Shown in pieces: positions 32,961-41,825 of a stretch of DNA of 41,825 bases. Every line of letters begins with the position of its first letter. The stretch's first letter is position 1. Position numbers and translations under genes: made by a program. Source of the DNA: Chiloscyllium plagiosum (taxonomy: Eukaryota); assembly GCF_004010195.1 (NCBI RefSeq), contig NC_057749.1:24285042-24326866 (forward strand), given 5' to 3'. The notes beneath the pieces were generated by a model. It searched no databases. It saw nothing but the letters and a program-made list of their open reading frames with translations, and was not told the DNA's origin.

Positions 32961-33953
32961 AATGGGTCACCTTACTTGGTCTGGCCTATTGGTGATGTCA
33001 CAGCCATAGCTTTGGGATTAATTGTCCTCAGAAATGGCCTAATGAAGCACTTCCAAGGTCTCTCTGGAACCCAAAGTCCAATCGTGTCTCTTACACATGA
33101 CGGATTACAATATATTTTAAAGAAGAGCCTCAGAGAGTTATTGATTGAATCCCAGTGTGAGCAGAGTCCATCCACATTGTGTCCCATCTACAAGACACAC
33201 TGGAGTGTCTCACATTTGATGGCACCTTCTAATCACACAAACTTCAGCACCTCCGAGTACAGCAGATATGTGGGAGCACCACCACTTGCAAGTTCCCTTC
33301 CAAGGCATACAACATCCTGACTTGGAAATGTTATCGCTGTTCCTTCACTACCACTGGGCCAGAGCCCTGGAACTCTCTTCCTAAAAACATGACACATTCT
33401 TGAGGGGAGAGAGAGAGTCTCTCATATATCGGAATCGTTGCTTGTCACAGAGTGAATTACATCATAGAACAAGGCTATTTGGCCCATTGAAGACATGACA
33501 GCTCTCTGTGGAACAATCAGTCAGGCCTGTTCCTATTGTCCTCCAGCTCCCTTTTGAAATCATTGATTTCTTACCCTTGTGGATGCGGGTACACTTACAA
33601 TATTTAAAGATATTTGGATAAGTGAATGAATAGTAAAGGTTTGCAGGGATATGGGCCAGCAACAGGCAGGTGGGACTAGTTTAGTTTGGGATTACGTTTG
33701 GCATGGACTGGTTGGACCGAAAGGGTCTGTTCCCGTGCTGTATGACTCTGTGACTAGGCCACATTTTACATCATCTCTCGTAAACACAGGCTTTATCCCA
33801 ATGTAACCTGAAAAGTACCCTACTGGAGATCTTGTCGAAAGTAGCCAAATAGTATATCATAAATAATCCAGGAGGCTCAAATCCCCATTGAAAATGTGAC
33901 TGCAGCTAAAGATTGCACTCGGGGAGTTTTCGGTGTGCTGTGGAAATCTAATT

Positions 33954-34587
33954 TGTGACAAAGCTGCTCCTTTAACAAGATTATGTTGTCCTTAGATTTC
34001 TTTTTCAGGAGGTCATAAAAACACAGGTTCTGAAAAGTCTGGACTTGGATGGGTTTTCAGGCCTGTTTGTTTATAGCTAACAGATACTGCCTCAGGGAAA
34101 AGGCTTTCAATTTAAAAAAAAAACACTTGTACAATGAAAGGGGAGTGGCCAGTTCTCCCAGCTCAGCTTCTCTCTGGTTTGGTTTGGCTGTTCAGTCAGT
34201 TTTAAAGCTACTGGACCCAAAGAAGCAGGTCCATGCTGACCCTCGCTCTCTCTGACATCTCTCCTGTAAGACCCTGTGTTTGATTTTACCTTTTGGTGCC
34301 AAGGGGTGCTCATGTGGATTGCTGCAAGTATTTGGAACAGAAGCATTATGTTGGGATGATCTGTTGGGTTTTCGGAGAGGATAAGTTATTCTGTATTCTG
34401 ATCTCTTTTATTTGTGCTTCACTTGGTAATCTTGTAAATAAATTCTGTTTTGTTTGAAACAAATTGGTTTGACCAGCTGCATCCCTCCTTGAATATCCAC
34501 TGTACACCTGCTTAAAACAACTAGCAAGGTTAGGATCCGGGCTACTTTTCTGAAATGTTTTGAGGGGGTCTGGCCTGGTCCATCACA
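33954..34587 (+). mobile_element. Solo-LTR-like element (family of 1935-2576)
   Basis: tgtgaca...catcaca TG/CA ends, approximate 4-bp flanks aatt/aaat and AATAAA at about 34437. Confidence 0.65.
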
Positions 34588-35138
34588 AAATGGGTTCACT
34601 GATACGTGGACCCTTTAATGCCAATGTGAGTGAATGCCATGACGCTTAAACTGCAACAAAAGGATGGGCAGTAAATACCAGTTTTGCCAGTACTGTCAAT
34701 GTCCCTAGAATGAATAGGGAAAAAAGAAAAATCATCACTCAAATTAAACCTTTCAGTAGTTAAAGAAAGGATGCACCCCTTGGCTGTGGTGGGTCTTGAA
34801 CCAGGGGATACAGTCTTGGGGTAAGGGGTTGGCCATTTAGGACTGAGATGAGGAGGAATTTCTTCATTCAGAAGGTGTTGAATCTCCATCATTTCTCTAG
34901 CTCAGAGGTTGTGGAAGCTCAGTCACTGAGTCTGGTCAAGACAGAGCCATTGATTTCTAGGTACAAATGAGATTTAAGGGTACGGTGAAGTAGATGGGTC
35001 AGCTGTGGTCTGCAATAGCAGAGAAGGCCCGAGGGGCTGAATGGCCTACTCCCATTCAGATATCCCAAAAAACGTAAGAACGTTGCACAGTCGCAATGAT
35101 ATGCACCTCATGGATTGGATCATGAACACAGTTCTGAT

Positions 35139-35144
35139 TTTATT
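35139..35144 (-). terminator. Probable RPS27/RPS27L polyadenylation signal AATAAA
   Basis: tttatt on the + strand about 170 nt beyond the stop codon, in non-repetitive sequence. Confidence 0.65.
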
Positions 35145-35316
35145 AGTTAGATGCTGTGGACAATAGACAGTGAAAAACTATAAATGCCCATTTTAGCCAA
35201 CTGCAATGTACAATCACATTCATTGCAATCAATGAAATAACAGCCCCATATCCTGGTGAAGGTCATTGATCATCGGTACAGTCACGTTGCCAAGACTGTC
35301 CTCCCGCACATGTCAC

Positions 35317-35345
35317 TCAGTGTTGCTTTCTCCGGAATGAACAGC
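35317..35345 (-). CDS. RPS27L: 40S ribosomal protein S27/S27-like, terminal coding exon (29 coding bp)
   Basis: Minus strand ttctgctttctgttttgtctag|GC TGT TCA TTC CGG AGA AAG CAA CAC TGA = (G)CSFRRKQH*. The symbol rests on LACTB adjacency, and RPS27 cannot be excluded. Confidence 0.9.
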
Positions 35346-35454
35346 CTAGACAAAACAGAAAGCAGAATGGTGACAAAATACTAGCGCACCACTGGTTGGG
35401 CCGAATGGCCTGCTTCTGTGCTGTTAATTTCTATGTAACTGTCGTAATCTGTCA

Positions 35455-37125
35455 AGGTCTATATGTTCCTGTGAAGGTGAAGGGCAAGGTTGGCAGGAAT
35501 GGGGAACTCTGGATGACAAGAGATATTGAGGCTTTGACCTGAAAAAGGAGGCACGTCTCAGGTACAGGCAGCTGGGATTAAAGGGAATCCCTGGAGTTAT
35601 ACAGGGAATACAGGAGTTTACTGAAGTAGGAAATCAGGAAGGCGAAAAGGGGGCACGAGATAGTCTTAGCTGAGCTTAGCTCAGGAGGGTGAATCCAAAC
35701 AGGGACTTTCAGTATATTAAAGGAGATAGAGTAACTAGAGAGAATAGGACCCCTTAAGGATCAAACTGGACATAAATGTGTGTAGAACCGCAGGAGATGG
35801 GTGAGGTTCTCAATGAATATCTCTCCTCTGTGTTTACCGTGGAGCAAGACAGGAAGACTTGGGAACTTGGGGAACTTAGTGGTGATGTCTTGGGGACAGT
35901 CCATATCATAGTAGAAGAAGTGTTTTAGAATGTATTAGAATGCATGAAGGTGGATAAATCTCCTGGTCCGGACCAGGTATATCCAAGAAAACTTCATGTG
36001 CCTAGAGGAGAAATTGCGGGGGCCCTGGATGATGTTTTTGCATTTGCATTAACCACGGGTGAGGTCCCAGAAGACTAGAGGGTAGCGAATGTTGTGCCAT
36101 TATTTAAGAAGGCCTACAAGGAAAAGCATGGGAACAACAGACCAGTAAGTTTAACATCTGTGGTGGGTAAGTTACTTGAGAAGATTCTGAGAGATAAGAT
36201 ATACATGCATTTGGAAAGACAGGGTTTGATTAGGAGCAGTCAGCATGGCTTTGTAAGTGGGAGATCATTGCCTCACAAATTTGTTAGAGTTCTTTGATGA
36301 AGTGACCAGGAAGGTTGACGAGGACAGGCCGGTAGACATAGTCTACATGGATTTCAGTGAGGCCTTTGATAAGTAGGCTACTCTAGAAGATTAGATTGCA
36401 CAGAATCCAGGGCGAGCTGGCAAATTGGATACATAATTGGCTCAATGCTAGGAAGCAGAGGGTAATAGTGGAAGGATGCTGTTGGACTGGAGGCCTGTGA
36501 CTGATAGTGTCCCTCAGGGGTTGGTGCTGGGAGCATTGCCGTTTATTATTCATATCAATGATTTCGATGAAAATCTAGAAGGAATGATTAGTACGTTTGC
36601 TGATGGCACTAAAATAGGTGGTGTCATGGACAGTGAGGAAGGTTATCAGAAATTGCAGCAGGACCTTGATCAGCTGGGGGAGTGGGCCAAGAAATGGCAA
36701 ATGGAGTTTAATAGATAAGTGTGAGGTCTTGCATTTAGGAAAGCCTAAACAAGATAGGAGTTTCATGGTGAATGGTAGGGCCTTAAGGAATATAGTGAAA
36801 CAGAGGGATCTTGGCGTTCAGGTTCACAGTTCTCTGAAAGTGGGGTCACAGGTGGACAAGGCAGTGAAGAAGGCTTTTGGCACACTGGCCTTCATCAGTC
36901 AGGGTATTGAGTATAGACGTTGGGAAGTTATGTTGCAGTTACACAGGACATTGGTAAGGCCATACTTGGGGTATTGTGTTCAGTTTTGGTCAACTTGTTA
37001 TAGGAAGGATGTTATTAAACTGGAAAAAGTGCAGAAGAAATTCACAAGGATGTTGCCAGGACTCGCTGGTCTGAGTTACAGGGAGAGGTTGGACAAGCAA
37101 GGACATTTTTCTTTAGAACATAGGC
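35455..37125 (+). mobile_element. CR1 LINE ORF2 fragment (~1.7 kb, RT domains, disrupted) in the RPS27(L) intron
   Basis: DKSPGPDQVYPR, RPVSLTSVVGKLLEKI, QHGF, SVPQGLVLG, FADGTK, WQMEFN and RDLGVQVH motifs with stops and frameshifts. Confidence 0.92.
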
Positions 37126-37149
37126 GAATCATAGGCACGGGAATCATGG

Positions 37150-39816
<2,667 letters not shown>

Positions 39817-39827
39817 TCATTGCTCTG

Positions 39828-41825
39828 CTGCTACAGGAACACAGACACTGCTACAGGGGCACACAGACTGCTATAGGGGCACAGAGACTGCTACAGGGGC
39901 ACAGAGACTGCTATAGGGGCACAGAGACTGCTACAGGGGCACTGAGACAGTTACAGGGCCACAGAGACTGCGACAGGAGCACAGAGACTGCTATAGGGGC
40001 ACAGAGACTGCTACAAGGGCACAGAGACTGCTATAGAAGCACACAGACTGCTACAGGGCCACAGAGACTGCTATAGGGGCACAGAGACTGCTACAAGGGC
40101 ACAGAGACTGCTATTGGGGCACAGAGACTGCTACAGGGGCACAGAGACTGCTATAGGGGCAGAGAGACTGCTACAAGAAAACAGAGACTGCTACAGGAAC
40201 ACAGAGACTGCTACAGGAACACAGAGACTGCTACAAGGGCACAGAGACTGCTACAAGGGCACAGAGACTGCTACAGGGGCACACAGACTGCAACAGGGCC
40301 ACAGAGACTGCTGTAGGGGCACGGAGACTGCTACAGAGGCACAGACACTGCTGCAGGGCCACAGAGACTGCTACAGGGGCACTGAGACTGCTACAGGGGC
40401 ACACAGACTGCAATAGGGGCACAGACACTGCTACAGCGGCACAGAGACTGCTACAGGAGAACAGGAACTGCTACAGGGCCACAGAGACTGCTACAGGGCC
40501 ACAGAGACTGCTATAGGGGCACAGAGACTGCTACAGGTGTACTGAGACAGTTACAGGGGCACAGAGACTGCGACAGGAGCACAGAGACTGCTATAGGGGC
40601 ACAGAGATGCTGCAGGAGCACACAGACTGCTATAGGGGCACAGAGACTGCGACATGAGCACAGAGACGGCTATGGGGGCACAGAGACTGCTACAGGGCCA
40701 CAGAGATTGCTATAGGGGCACAGAGATTGCTATAGGGGCACAGAGACTGCTAAAGGTGCACAGAGACTGCTATAGGGGCACACAGACTGCTATAGGGGCA
40801 CAGAGACTGCTACAGGGGCACAGAGACTGCTATAGGGGCACAGAGACTGCTATAGGGGCACAGAGACTGCTATAGGGGCACAGAGACTGCTACAGGGGCA
40901 CAGAGACTGCTATAGGGGCAAAGAGACTGCTACAAGGGCACAGAGACTGCTACAGGGGCACACAGACTGCAACAGGGCCACAGAGACTGCTGTAGGGGCA
41001 CAGAGACTGCTACAGGTGCACAGAGACTGCTATAGGGGCACACAGACTGCCATAGGGGCACAGAGACTGCTACAGGGGCACAGAGACTGCTATAGGGGCA
41101 CAGAGACTGCTACAGGGGCACACAGACTGCTACAGGGGCACACAGACTGCTGTAGGGGCACGGAGACTGCTACAGAGGCACAGAGACTGCTACAGGGCCA
41201 CAGAGACTGCTACAGGGGCACTGAGACTGCTACAGGGGCACTGAGACTGCTATAGGGGCACAGAGACTGCTACAAGGGCACAGAGACTGCTACAGGGGCA
41301 CAAAGACTGCTACAGGAGCACAGACACTGCTACAGCGGCACAAAGACAGCTACAGGGCCACAGAGACTGCGACAGGAGTACAGAGACTGCTATAGGGGCA
41401 CAGAGACTGCTACAGGAACACAGAGACTGCTACAGGAACACAGAGACTGCTATAGGGGCACAGAGACTGCTACAGGGGCACACAGACTGCAACAGGGCCA
41501 CAGAGACTGCTGTAGGGGCACGGAGACAGTTACAGGGGCACAGAGACTGCTACAGGGGCACAGAGACTGCTACAGGGCCACAGAGACTGCTACAGGGGCA
41601 CTGAGACTGCTACAGGGGCACTGAGACTGCTACAGGGGCACACAGACTACTACAGGGGCACAGAGACTACTATAGGGGCACAGAGACTGCTACAGGGGTA
41701 CTGAGACAGTTACAGGGGCACAGAGACTGCTATAGGGGCACAGCGACTCCTACAGGGCCACAGAGATTGTTACAGGGCCACAGAGACTGCTACGGGGCCA
41801 CAGAGACTGCTACAGGGCCACACGG
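39828..41825. repeat. 20-bp minisatellite, about 100 units, running off the window end (acagagactgctacaggggc)
   Basis: Direct reading. Confidence 0.95.

Overview
Eukaryotic, repeat-dense vertebrate DNA. The SINE/LINE families point to a cartilaginous fish, probably a shark (inference). Two spliced genes converge tail-to-tail and neither is captured properly by the ORF track. The first is the last two coding exons of LACTB (+, 1424-1589 and 13703-14261). The second is the last two coding exons of ribosomal protein RPS27/RPS27L (-, 39681-39791 and 35317-35345). The rest is mostly repeats: CR1 LINE fragments, HE1-like V-SINEs, DeuSINE-like copies, a second tRNA-headed SINE, solo-LTR-like elements, Tx1-like 3' ends, five tandem arrays (33, 60/20, 23, 25 and 20 bp units) and Penelope-like element (PLE) fragments (RT with YIDD; GIY-YIG endonuclease). 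The most notable signal is about ten minimal hammerhead-ribozyme-like motifs (CUGANGA-stem-GAAA-NUH), most of them in short, often fold-back, TSD-flanked PLE-derived elements of several families. One lies in the probable LACTB 3' UTR. All calls were made by eye, so repeat boundaries are approximate and family names come from memory.
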